Source of the DNA: the human T2T-CHM13v2.0 reference genome, Homo sapiens
DNA: 64,000 bases
NCBI RefSeq assembly: GCF_009914755.1
Contig: NC_060929.1
Reading direction: 5' to 3' (one strand)
The notes beneath the pieces are model-generated. The model was not told the DNA's origin. It was given only the letters and a program-made list of their open reading frames with translations, and ran no database searches. Numbering within the stretch: position 1 is the stretch's first letter; every line of letters begins with the position of its first letter. Positions 52,281-64,000 of the stretch are shown piece by piece. The translations under genes and the position numbers were made by a program.

Positions 52281-53935
52281 CCCCCATGCATCATATCTCC
52301 CTTAATTATTCTTCCTGTTTAAATGTTCTGTAAGTTCTGTTAGCAGAGGGCTGTTCTTGTCCCCATGTTTTAGGAGGCTGTCCTCTATTCCCTGAAAATT
52401 TACATTCCATGGAACCTCTTTGAGGGAGTGAAATTTAGAAGTAGGAAGAAGGAAGAAGGTATTAGCTAACATTTTGTTAGAATTTCTTCTAGGCTCATTT
52501 GCTCCATCCCCACCATTTTTTTTTTTTTGGCCATAGTTGAGAGTATTTATATATGATATTGTGTCCTTTTTATTACCTCCCTAACTTAGGAGCATTAGCG
52601 TTTCTGCAAGTTATTAAAATTACTCAGAATCATAATTTTTAATTTCCGTAAGATGCTCAATCATATGAGGGCCTTATCACTTACCTAATCCACTCCTTAC
52701 TGTTATACATTGAAGTTATACCAATTTGTCATTATTATAATGATAGTATGAACATCTTGGGGCATAAGCTTAAAAAAGTTTAGATTATTTCTTTGGGATT
52801 GACATCTCTATTTAAGTTTTCTTTTCTGATTATAAATATAATACAAAAATACTTTAGAAGTTTTTAAAGGGAGGAGGAATTTGAAGAGGGAAATAATAAC
52901 AGTTGTTATTATTGTTATTATCAGCTAACATTTATACGGGGCTTTCTGGCTACTACCTGGAACTAAATGATGTTCTAAACATGTCATATAAACATCTAAA
53001 TGATTGTTCTAAACATCTTATATGAATTAACTTACTAATTCCCACAATAAATATGTGAGATATATACATGTTTATTTTCGGTATATCTTGATTATTTCCT
53101 TAGGAAATTTTTTTTAAATATATGAACATTTTTAAGGTTCTCATACCTTTCGCCAAACTGCTATTCAGAGATGTGGTAGCTATTTCTTCTCACACCATCA
53201 TGGTTAAAGAGTGTTCTTCTCTCTACATGCTCACTAGCATAGTGTTTTATTATTTTAAAAAGTGTTCGAGTCCTGAGTGCTTTCTGTTGCATCATACTAC
53301 ATCCCAAGGATCTCTGAAGCTTTGTTACTAATCTGTCATAAGTTTCCAACTGGTAAAACATAATAGCTGCATGTGGTAGCTACTAACGTGTCCTGAAGCT
53401 GAGTAGAGGAAAAGAGCACGGTGCCAGGAAGCAAATACCAATGCACACATCTCTGATGTCACACTAAGGTCTCAGAAATACAGGAGTCTCCATGTGTCTG
53501 TTCCTCTAGGGGTGAGTCTGAAAAAACTCTAAGGGGATGAGAAACTCATACATTAGGTAGAAAAAGATAAAAGTGGTAGGCAAAGGAATTTTACATTTAA
53601 GATTCAAGGAAAATGACATAAACATTCAGCTCAGAAAATAAAAACTTATACTGAACTGTAACAGCAAAGAAATTCTCTCTGGATCCCATGGAACATTGCA
53701 GACTCTGATAGAAGGAGGAAATATGTGATTCAAAAAGGCATACTCTGTTAGGTCAATGTGATGTCCTAAAATTCCCAATATCCATAAAGGACAGAGTGTG
53801 ATTCTTGAAATCTTGTGGGTATATAAGGTACTTCCCTATACTTTGATCAAAGATAACAGATCTCTCTTTCTCCCTGCTTCCTCCTTCTTTCTTTTTGCTT
53901 CTTCTTTCTTTCCCTTCCTTCCAGCTTTATGGATT

Positions 53936-54312
53936 TGATATGGTTTGGCTGTGTCCTCACCCAAATCTCATCTTGAATTGTAGTTCCCATAATCCCCACA
54001 AGTTGTGGGGAAGGACCAGGTGGAGATAATTGAATCATGGTGGGGGACTTTCCCCCATCCTGTTCTCATGGTAGTGAGTGAGTTCTCATGAGATCTGATG
54101 GTTTCATAAGGGGCTTCCCCTTTGCTCAGTTTTCATTCTCCTTCCTGCCGCCATGTGAAGAAGCTCATGTTTGCTTCCCCTTCTGCCATGATTGTAAGTT
54201 TCCTGAGGCCTCCCCAGCCATGCTGAACTGTGAGTCAATTAAACCTCTTTCCTTTATAAATAACCCAATCTCGGGTATGTCTTTATTAGCAGTGTGAGAA
54301 TGGACTAATACA
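53936..54312 (+). mobile_element. THE1 (C/D-like) MaLR solo LTR, complete
   Basis: TGATATGGTTTGGCTGTGTCC...GAGATCTGATGG...CTGTGAGTCAATTAAACCTCTTTCC...GGACTAATACA; TG...CA termini. Confidence 0.92.
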
Positions 54313-54726
54313 GGGATTCTTCAAGTTACCAAATTAATGGATATTTATTTTACTATGTTAAACAATTCAGAGGTGCATGAAGATGTTAATAATCTTCCTC
54401 TGTCTTCCTTTAATTTCACCTTGCCCAGATAATCAATGGTTACAGTTTGATCTGTATTTTTCCACACATTTAGGAAATGTTCCTATAAAGATAAAAATTT
54501 ATTCCACTTCTTTCTTAAAAGAACAGGACAAAACTCTCTATATTATTTGCTTTTCTGACTTAAAAATATATCAGAGAAACTGTTCTAGGTCAGGATACAT
54601 AAATCAAACTCATGTAATAATAGCTTCATAATATTGTACAGTATGGCTGTACCATAAATTTTTTTGACCAGTCCCCTACTAAGGGACAGTCAAATAATTT
54701 TCAAGTTTGTTTTCTCCCTCTTTCCC

Positions 54727-54784
54727 TTCCTTCTTGGACCCGCTGAACTGTTTCCTTCTTGGACCCGCTGAACTGTTTCCTTCT
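54727..54784. repeat. Perfect 25-bp tandem duplication
   Basis: TTCCTTCTTGGACCCGCTGAACTGT x2 (54727-54751, 54752-54776) plus TTCCTTCT. Confidence 0.95.
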
Positions 54785-55849
54785 CTACAGGTGCTTATTT
54801 TTTGGTCAGATAGAGTCCCAACACATGAGATTGTTTGGAAAAAGGAAATGTAAATGTTAATTTTTAATGGCTGTTTTGTCTTTTTAATTACTTACTTTTG
54901 TTGAACACTGTCACGTATGTATTTAAGTTGGTATTCATGGCAACTTCTTTCACTAGGTAAGGTAAGGGGCATTATCTCCATTTTGCAGATGCACCTCACT
55001 GAGATTAAATGACGTGTTCAAGGTCACTCAGTTAGCACATGGCTGAGCCTATTCTTAAAGCTCTTGTGCCTTTGAGGCTTATACTTTTTCCATTAAGTAT
55101 TTCTCCTCTGCTTCTCCCTGGCTAAATTTTTTTGAAGTTTACCTAGGAGAATAAAATGAGGCTCCATTAGAAAAATGGCCACACTAATTTAAAGATAATG
55201 ATGCTAACAATGAAGGTGGTACTGACACATAATTAAACAGTTGTCAAAGGGGAAAAAAGAAGAGATTTCCACAGTGTGGTATCGGGTTTTTAAGAGTGGT
55301 TGTTAAGCTTTTAGGATTTTCAGTCCCCTGCTTCTGTTCTTCCATGCTTGAATGCTCAGAAGGATGAGGAGACAAAAGCTGGCCTTTGGCTTCTTTCCGT
55401 CATCTGTTTTGGCTCCTTCCTTCTGGTGCCTTCCCAGTGTCCAATTTCTTCCATTCATGAGGCTGTCTGTGAATGCCTGATGCCGTTTAGGGCTGAAGCC
55501 TGCTGAGGATGTTCAATTTCTAAGCAAAGAGTAATATCAGGTCCTTAGGGGAAACAAACCTGGATTCAACACTGAGAAAAATTGAGGAAGGAGAACATAC
55601 CTCTGACCTCAGTCCTATCCTTTTCCCTCCTAGATTTGGCCCAACTACTTTTTCCATCATTGTATACTGTTTGTGCATTGTGATCCATCCCCTCTTCCTC
55701 TATTAGTCTTTATACCTGAGTGTGACCACCAGTCTGTGGTTCTCTCTCCCTGAAGTATTTGCATTTTATGACTTACAAGAAAGAATGAAAAAATAAGTGA
55801 ATGAATGATTTGGAGTGTCCTTTTAGTGTTCCTGAAATAATTAATCAGG

Positions 55850-56225
55850 ATAGCTAACATTTGCTGAGCACTTACATTGTGCCAGGAACAATTTAACATA
55901 CACATCTACTCTATGCAGTAATCTTTCCCTTTTGCCAATGAGGAAACTGAGGCACAGTGGTTAAGTGACTAGCTCAAAGTCATGTACTGTATTTTACCAA
56001 GTCTAAATATCTTGCTAAATAACTAATGGTGCATTAATTATAAGATGTACCATTACTTTGTTTACACTAAAAAATGCTGCTAATAAAACTAAAACATGTA
56101 ACTGATTTTAAGAAATGATAAATGTGAAAAAATATGCACATTAGAATCAGTGACTGTACATGACAGAGCTGGGATTTGAACCCAAGTAGATCAACAGCAG
56201 TACTTACAGCTTTCTACCATGCTCT
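55850..56225 (-). mobile_element. MIR split by a MER104/Kanga-like TcMar MITE (~55985-56157)
   Basis: MIR ...GAGGAAACTGAGGCACAG..CAAAGTCA | insert with AATGTGAAAAAATATGCACATTAGAATC | ACAGAGCTGGGATTTGAACCCA. Confidence 0.65.
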
Positions 56226-56403
56226 GTTTATGCCAAAAGATAGTCTTGACTACCATTTTATTAAGTCAGCATTTTTTTCAAGTGTTTTGAAAGGGAGTAG
56301 TGGGTATCAAGGAGGAAAGTGTTCTGTGAACAAGTAAGTTTAGGAAAGGCTTCATCAGACAGAATATAATTTTTCTACCACAGGACTTCTCCGAGCTGTT
56401 AAT

Positions 56404-56717
<314 letters not shown>

Positions 56718-57699
56718 TAGAGCTGTTAATATTAACATGTATTTTGTACCTTCTGCATCATTTCTCAAAGTTTTTTTTTTTTTTTTTTTTTGTGGTGGAG
56801 TATTTTATGGAACTTCAGTTTCTTGGAACACATTTGGAGTACACAGTAATTAGTAATTTCTCTAATCTGGTAACAAATGTGTCCAGAAGGTCGAGTTTCA
56901 TTTTGCCTAACTAGTCTGTGGGGGTAATTATTGCATATTAGGCATGATGGGTCTGTAAAGATGGAATTGAAATTAACCCTACATCTTCAGGAAATTTTTC
57001 TCCTGGTCCACATATTTTATTCAGTATTAATTTTTTAAAAAGGTATTTAATACCAAGAACAGTATTTTTCAAAGCATGCTTTTTGGCAATGGATTTCAAA
57101 CTTTTTCGGTCAGGTATCCCTACCAGTAGAAAAAAAAATAAGCGAATGTTATGGTTCCTTTAAGGACAAAATGTACCAATGATTATAAAGATGACTTGCA
57201 TACTGGGAGGCACTCATTGCCATTGTTTGATTATTTAAAAAAATTGTTTTGCAGAAACTTTTTGTAAAGGTTATAATTGCTTTTATCTACAGGTAACAGA
57301 GTACCTGCCTAATGATGCTTAAGCAATAAAGGTTGTTCAAATTCCTAAAATAGGAAGAAGTTTGGAGATAGGTTGTCCAGGGCTAACGCAGGGCCTCAAC
57401 TATGTCCTGAATGACTCAGATGTTTCTTTTATGCCACCACCCCTCCCTAAAATGTTGTCTTGTTGTCTCAGGGACACAATGTCTGCTGCAGTCCCAGGCA
57501 TCACATCTCTGGACAAAGCAGGACAAAGAGGTTATAGTGGCATCAACTATACCTACCTTTTTTTTTTTTTTTAATCGAGAAAGGAAAATGTTCCTGAAGT
57601 CCCCAGTAGCCTTCTCTTTATGTGCTGAAAGTGCTGAGAGACATAGCCACACCTGGTTGCAAGCAAGCTGGAGCCAGGACTGTCATGATCAGTGTGTGC

Positions 57700-57890
57700 C
57701 AGTGGCTCTCCCAGTGAGGCCTCCAGGCCAGCATCATCACCATCACCTAGGAACTTGTTACACATGCAAATTCTCACTCCCCGCCATCCCCCAGACCTAC
57801 TGAATCAGAAACCCTGGAAGTGGGCCCAGCAGTTTGTATTTTAACAAGCTCTCTGGGTGATTCAGATACACTAGATTTTGAGAAAAACTG
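57700..57890 (+). mobile_element. MER5A inserted in an old MLT1 LTR (~57270-58010)
   Basis: CAGTGGCTCTC...CATCACCTAGGAACTTGTTA...ATGCAAATTCTC...AGACCTACTGAATCAGAAAC...TTTAACAAGC...TTTGAGAAAAACTG. Confidence 0.85.
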
Positions 57891-59724
57891 TCTCAGACCA
57901 ATGATTTGTTGTTCCAGACTGGGGTCATTGTTGCCCTGAGCAGACCTGAGATTCCATTTGTAACACAAAAGTTAGGGATGGATATCGGGCAGGTGTCTAA
58001 GTGTCCAACACAGAGACATTAATGTTTGACTGTTTTATATGTTATAAACAGGGATTATTTTTATTAATGTAAAAAGCCGCAGCAAAAACCAGCATTCTTA
58101 GCCTTGAGAACCAGCACTTTCTATCTTGTTTGCTGTGTAACCTTGAGCAAATCACTGAACCTTTCTGAGTTTGCTTCCTGCTCTTTTAAGAAGAGAAATC
58201 TTTGCAGGGTTTCTATAGGAACCATCTAATACAATGCACATAGAAGGACTCCAAAAACCCTCACACTTTGTGTGGTGTCTGCTCCCATGCGTGGGTGGAT
58301 CACTGTCCCCCTGCATCTTAAGCCTTTGGCACTATTCCTCCTGCCTGGCTCAGGCAATCTCTGTGCATTGCTAATAGGGTTCCTGCAAGCACAGCACACC
58401 AGACTCCACCAGCAACGTCTAGGTCTCCCACTTGCTCATGGCAGGGGGTAATGTCTTGGGAGAGCAATAGAGAAGGGGGAGGAGCACTTCTGTAATGTAC
58501 CACGCTTGTGTTTTATTGTTGCTGCTGCTGTTTTTCTCCTGGCTTCTTATATGAATTCCTTGAATTTAACAACCTGGGGGCTTTCAAAACAGCTTGCCAA
58601 GTAGCTTGCAGCCAAACAATGACAGTAAAGAGGTTCAAGATGGGATATTGACAGTGGACATGGGTAGGTAATTCTCCCCTACCTTCCATCTCTCTGGCAT
58701 TTGCAGTAAGAGAGGCAGAATGGGATTTATTTAGGATGCACTAAGCATTTAAATGGCTAGAAGCTGTTTCTTTCAGTCTGCATGCCTATAACATCTTCCA
58801 CTGTACTGTAATCTCAAGCCTGTTTACAAGCTTTGAAAGTGTTATAACCATAAAGACCAACTGAGCATAGCTCTCCATGATTCAACCAATTCACTGACAA
58901 GGATTTATGTAGTGCCTGGGAGAGGATATACACTGATATCCAAGCCTAAAGGGGCACAAAGATGATTATTTTGGTGTGTTAGGCTGGTTGCTGATATATC
59001 AGCAGTCATCTGCCCACAAGTTGTAGGAGCCATCCCCATCTCTGAGTGTCAGGCAGGGGGAGAGAGGATGGCAGAGCCCTGGAGAGCTGGGAGGATCTAT
59101 CGTACAACCTTTGGAAACGAAGGTGGCAATCTGAGACAAAGATGGCCTTGTCAGACTGACATGTGTGATTGTTTTAGATTGTAGGAAGGAAGGCTGGTGA
59201 ATCCAATCCTCATAGCAGACAGAAGCCCTATGTTACCATCTCAGGAGGGAGTCAGAAATTATGGACCAAGGACCATAATCATGAATTCTTGTGAAATTCT
59301 GGAATTCTTATAAATTTTGTTAACTCTTGGATGTGTCCACATAGCAACTAGCAGTCAATTGTGAAGAAGGCCTGTGTTTTATTTTCCTTTTTTTTTTTTT
59401 TTTTTTTTTCCTGGCAGAAGGTAGAGAGGCAGCAAAGAATTAAGGAGAGACTGGGTTGAGGAGGCAGTGATGGCTTCTGGTAGGGAAGCAGAGGGAGGGT
59501 GGATGGCAGTGACTGACAGAAAATTATCTGGAAAATGGTGGAGGGAACTGGTTTGCACTTGAGAAAGATCTTTGAGTTTGAGCAGTAGAAATTCTGGGTG
59601 GAATCCCCTTCGGCTTCAACTGAGTTGGGTGTCACTTGGGTCAGTGTCTCTTTTTCTCCTTATACCTCAGCAGGTTAGGGATTGGAAACATGTCATACCT
59701 TTTACCAAATATTAGACCAGTAAT

Positions 59725-60500
59725 TAATTTATTCAACACATATTTTGTATTTCCTGAGCACCAATAAGTGCTGAGTGCCATAAGTAGTACTTGGTACACA
59801 CACAATGGTGAAAAGTCATGCAAGATTTCTGCCTCAGGGTTCTTTTCTAATGAAGGAGACTCATACTAACTAAAAAAAAAAACTATATTTATCAGTATAG
59901 GTGACAGGAAAGAAATACAGTGATGAATGAGAGGCTTACCAGTGAGCCATATTGGAGGGGGGTGGTCAGTGGGGTCTTTCTTGAAGACATACATTTGAGC
60001 TGAGAGTTGAGAATGAGAATGAGCCACACAAGGTGCTATGGGGAGACCATTCCTGACAGACAGGGGAATAACCAATGCAAGGGCCTGGAGTTGGGAGAGA
60101 GCTTGGCAGTTTCCAGCAGTGGAAAGAAGGCTAGGATGTTTGAAGCATCGTGAGCAAAGGCAAGGTAGAGAGAAAGGTATGAAATGGGATGGGGAATTGG
60201 GGAGATCCCAGATCATGAGGCCTTCATAGGCCATGATGAGGAGTTAGGAGTTTATTTTATGACCAGTGGGAAATCATTAAAAGATTTTAAGCAGTAGGTT
60301 GACAAGGACTATTGATAAAGGTCATTCCAGTGCTGACTGAAGACTGGATTGAAAGGGTCTAAAAGAAGTGGGGAGATAAATCAAGAGGCTGTCATAATAG
60401 CACTGAGAGAGAGTATGAGGATTTGGAATGGGGAGAACAGTGAAGATGGAGGGATGTGGATGGATATAAGACAGATTGTATTTAGGATGGCATGTGGACT
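59725..60500 (-). mobile_element. L2
   Basis: TTTATTCAACACATATT...CATTTGAGCTGAGA...TGCAAGGGCCTGGAG...CCAGATCATGAGGCCTT...GATTTTAAGCAG. Confidence 0.8.
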
Positions 60501-60873
60501 GTAAGGATTTAAGCAGGTGGTGACAGCTACTAATAGCAACTCATCGAGAGGGGCTATCTGGAAAGAACTGAAAGAGGATACAGGCGTACCTCCAGGAACC
60601 CCTCCAGGGTTCAGTTCCACACCACCAACATAAAGTGAATATTGCAATAAAGCAAGTCACACTAGGTTTTTGGTTTCCCAGTATACATAAAAGTTATGTT
60701 TACACTATACTGTAGTCTATTAAGTGTGTAATAGCATTGTCTAAAAAATGTACTTAACTTAATTAAAAATACTTTATTGGTAAAAATGCTAATGATCATC
60801 TGAGCCTTCAACAAGTTATCATCTTTTTACTATAGGATGATCTTGCCTCCATGTTGATGACACTGTTGATTGA

Positions 60874-61211
<338 letters not shown>

Positions 61212-61229
61212 AGCTGTGGCAATTTTTTA

Positions 61230-61389
61230 AAATAAGACAATGAAGTTTGCTGCATCTGCCGACTCTTCCCTGAAAAATTTCCTTGTACCATGAAATGTTG
61301 TTTGATAGAATTTTTACCAACAGTAGAACTTCTTTCAAAACTGGAGTCAATCCTCTTGAACCCAGCCACTTACTTGTCAACTACATATG

Positions 61390-61438
<49 letters not shown>

Positions 61439-62905
61439 TCTTCTAAACCCTTTGTTGTCATTTCAACAATGTTTTACATCATCTTCACTAGGATTAGGTT
61501 CCGGCTGAAGAAAATATTTTCTTTGCTCATCCATAAAGAGCAGCTCTTTATTTGTTCAAGTTTTATCATAAATTGCAGCAATTCAGCCACATTTTCAGGC
61601 TCCACTTCTAATTCTTGTTCTTTTGCTATTTCTACCACATCCACAGTCACTTCCTCCACTGAAGTCTTAAACCCCTCAAAGTCATCCATAAGGGTTGGAA
61701 TCAGTTTCTTCCAAGCTCTTGTTAATGTTGCTATTTGGACCTTCCTCTATGAGTCCTTCTTAATGGCATTTAGAATGGTGAATCCTTTCCAGAAGGTTTT
61801 TAATTTATCCAGATCCATCAGAGGAGTCATGATCTATGGTAGCTATAGCCTTATACAATGTATTTCTTAAATAAGAAGACTTGAAAGTTGAAATGACTTC
61901 TTGGTTTATGAGTTGCAGAATGGATGTTGTGTTAGCAGGCATAAAAACAACATTCATCTTCTTGTGTATCTTTATCAGAGCCCATAGGTGACCAGGCCAT
62001 TGCAAAGAAGCAGTAATATTTCAAAAGGAATCTTTCTGAGCAGTAGGGCTCAACAGTAGGCTTAAAATATTCAATAAACTATGCCGTAAACAGATGTGCT
62101 GTCACCCCAGCTTTGTTGTTCCATTCATAGGGAACAGGCACAGTAGATTTAGCATAATTCTGAAGGGCCCTAGGATTTTTGGAATGGTCAATGGGCATTG
62201 GCTTCAACTTGAAGTTACAAGTTACATTAGCCCCTAACAAGACAGTTTATCTTTTGAAGCTTTGAAGCCAGGCATTGACTTCTTCTCTCTAGCTATGAAA
62301 GTCCAAATGGTGTCTTTTTTTTTTTTTTTAAATAATAAGGCTGTTTTATCTATATTGAAAATCCATTGTTTAGTGTAGCCATTTTCATGAATGCTCTTAG
62401 CCAGATCTTCTGGATAAGTTGCTGCAGCTTCTACATTAGTACTTGCTGCTTCACTTTGTACTTTTATGTTATGTAAATGGCTCCTTTCCTTAAACCTCAT
62501 GAATCAACCTCTGCTAGCTTCCAACTTTAACTTTACTCCTGCAGCCTCTTCACCTTTCTCAGCCTTCATAGAACTGAAGAGAGTTAGGGCCTTCCTGTGG
62601 ATTAGGCTTTGACTTAAGGGAATGTTATGGCTTGTTTGGTCTTCTCTCCAGACCACTAAAACTTTATATCAGTAATAAGGCTGTTTTGCTTCCTTATTAT
62701 TCATGTGTTCACTGGAGTAGCACTCAGTTTCTTTCAAGAACTTTTGTTTTGCATTCACAACTTGCCTGTTTGGCACAAAAAGCCTAACTTTTGGCCTGTG
62801 TTGGCTTTTGACATGCTTTCCTCACTAGGCTTAATCATTTCTAGCTTTTTATTTAAAGTGAGAGATGTGCAACTCTTCCTTCCACTTGAACACTTAGAGG
62901 CCATT
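61230..62905 (-). pseudogene. Disrupted Tigger1 (pogo/CENP-B-like) transposase
   Basis: MASKCSSGRKSCTSLTLNKKLEMIK (62755..63033), [19 protein letters not shown]...IFNIDKT (62234..62500), [14 protein letters not shown] (61805..62005), [14 protein letters not shown] (61474..61689); split by stops and frameshifts. Left boundary approximate. Confidence 0.88.
61395..61437. repeat. (TA)n microsatellite within Tigger1
   Basis: About 21 uninterrupted TA units. Confidence 0.95.
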
Positions 62906-63474
62906 GTAGCATTCTTAAGTGACCTAATTTCAATAGTGTTGTGTCTTAGGCAATAGGGAGGCCTGAGGAGCAGGAGGAAGAGACAAGAATGACCAGTTGG
63001 TGGGACAATCAGAACATATGCAATATTTATCAATTAAGTTTGCTGTCTTATATGAGTGTGGTTCTTGGAGCCCCAAAACAATTATGATAGTAATATCAAA
63101 GATCACTGATCTGAAATATAAGATATAAGAATAATAAAAAAAGTTTGAAACATTTTGAGAATTGCCAAAATGTGACAGAGACACAGAGTGAGCACATGCC
63201 TTTGGAAAAATGGTGTCAATAGATTTGCTCAATGCAGGGTTGCCTCAAACCTTCAGTTTGTAAACAAATGGAATATCTGTGAAGCTCAATTAAAGTGTAG
63301 TACAATAAAACAAGGTATGCCTATACAGGGAAGTGTCTGTACTTGGGATAGACCCTTGAGTCTGAGCCATAGAATATCCAGGGTAGAATTCCCTGAAAAT
63401 AAGTGTTGTACCACCTCTTACTCTGTAACTTCAACTATTTCACTGTGGAGTTAGTGATGGATTGGATATATAAA

Positions 63475-64000
<526 letters not shown>

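Noticed and set aside
61283-61870. Longest ORF in the track (195 aa, +)
   Set aside because: Antisense to the Tigger1 transposase and runs through the (TA)n tract (YIYIYI); not a gene.

Overview
Human non-coding DNA, identified by an L1HS-Ta-diagnostic 3' end, AluY/S/J, THE1 and MADE1. It is dense in L2, MIR, MaLR and DNA-transposon fossils. I recognise no protein-coding gene, RNA gene or CpG island. The ORF-track entries are transposon remnants (L1 ORF2, Tigger1 transposase) or chance ORFs. Larger elements: a near full-length, internally deleted L1PB-type LINE (4349-9920, -) nested in MER2 nested in L2; a full-length Tigger1 (60581-63323, -); and THE1, MLT2 and MLT1 solo LTRs. The most unusual structure is a ~295-bp insert in an MLT1C LTR (32318-32612). 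It is built from two inverted copies of local DNA (37331-37489 and 30266-30406), joined by microhomology and flanked by a 14-bp duplication, which looks like a fossil multi-step template-switching event. Also notable: a ~120-bp L1HS-Ta insertion, a tailless TSD-flanked Alu, and two perfect short tandem duplications. I found no evidence of a new multi-gene system. Subfamily names come from my recollection of consensus sequences, not a database search, and boundaries of old repeats (L2, MIR, L1M, MLT1) are approximate.
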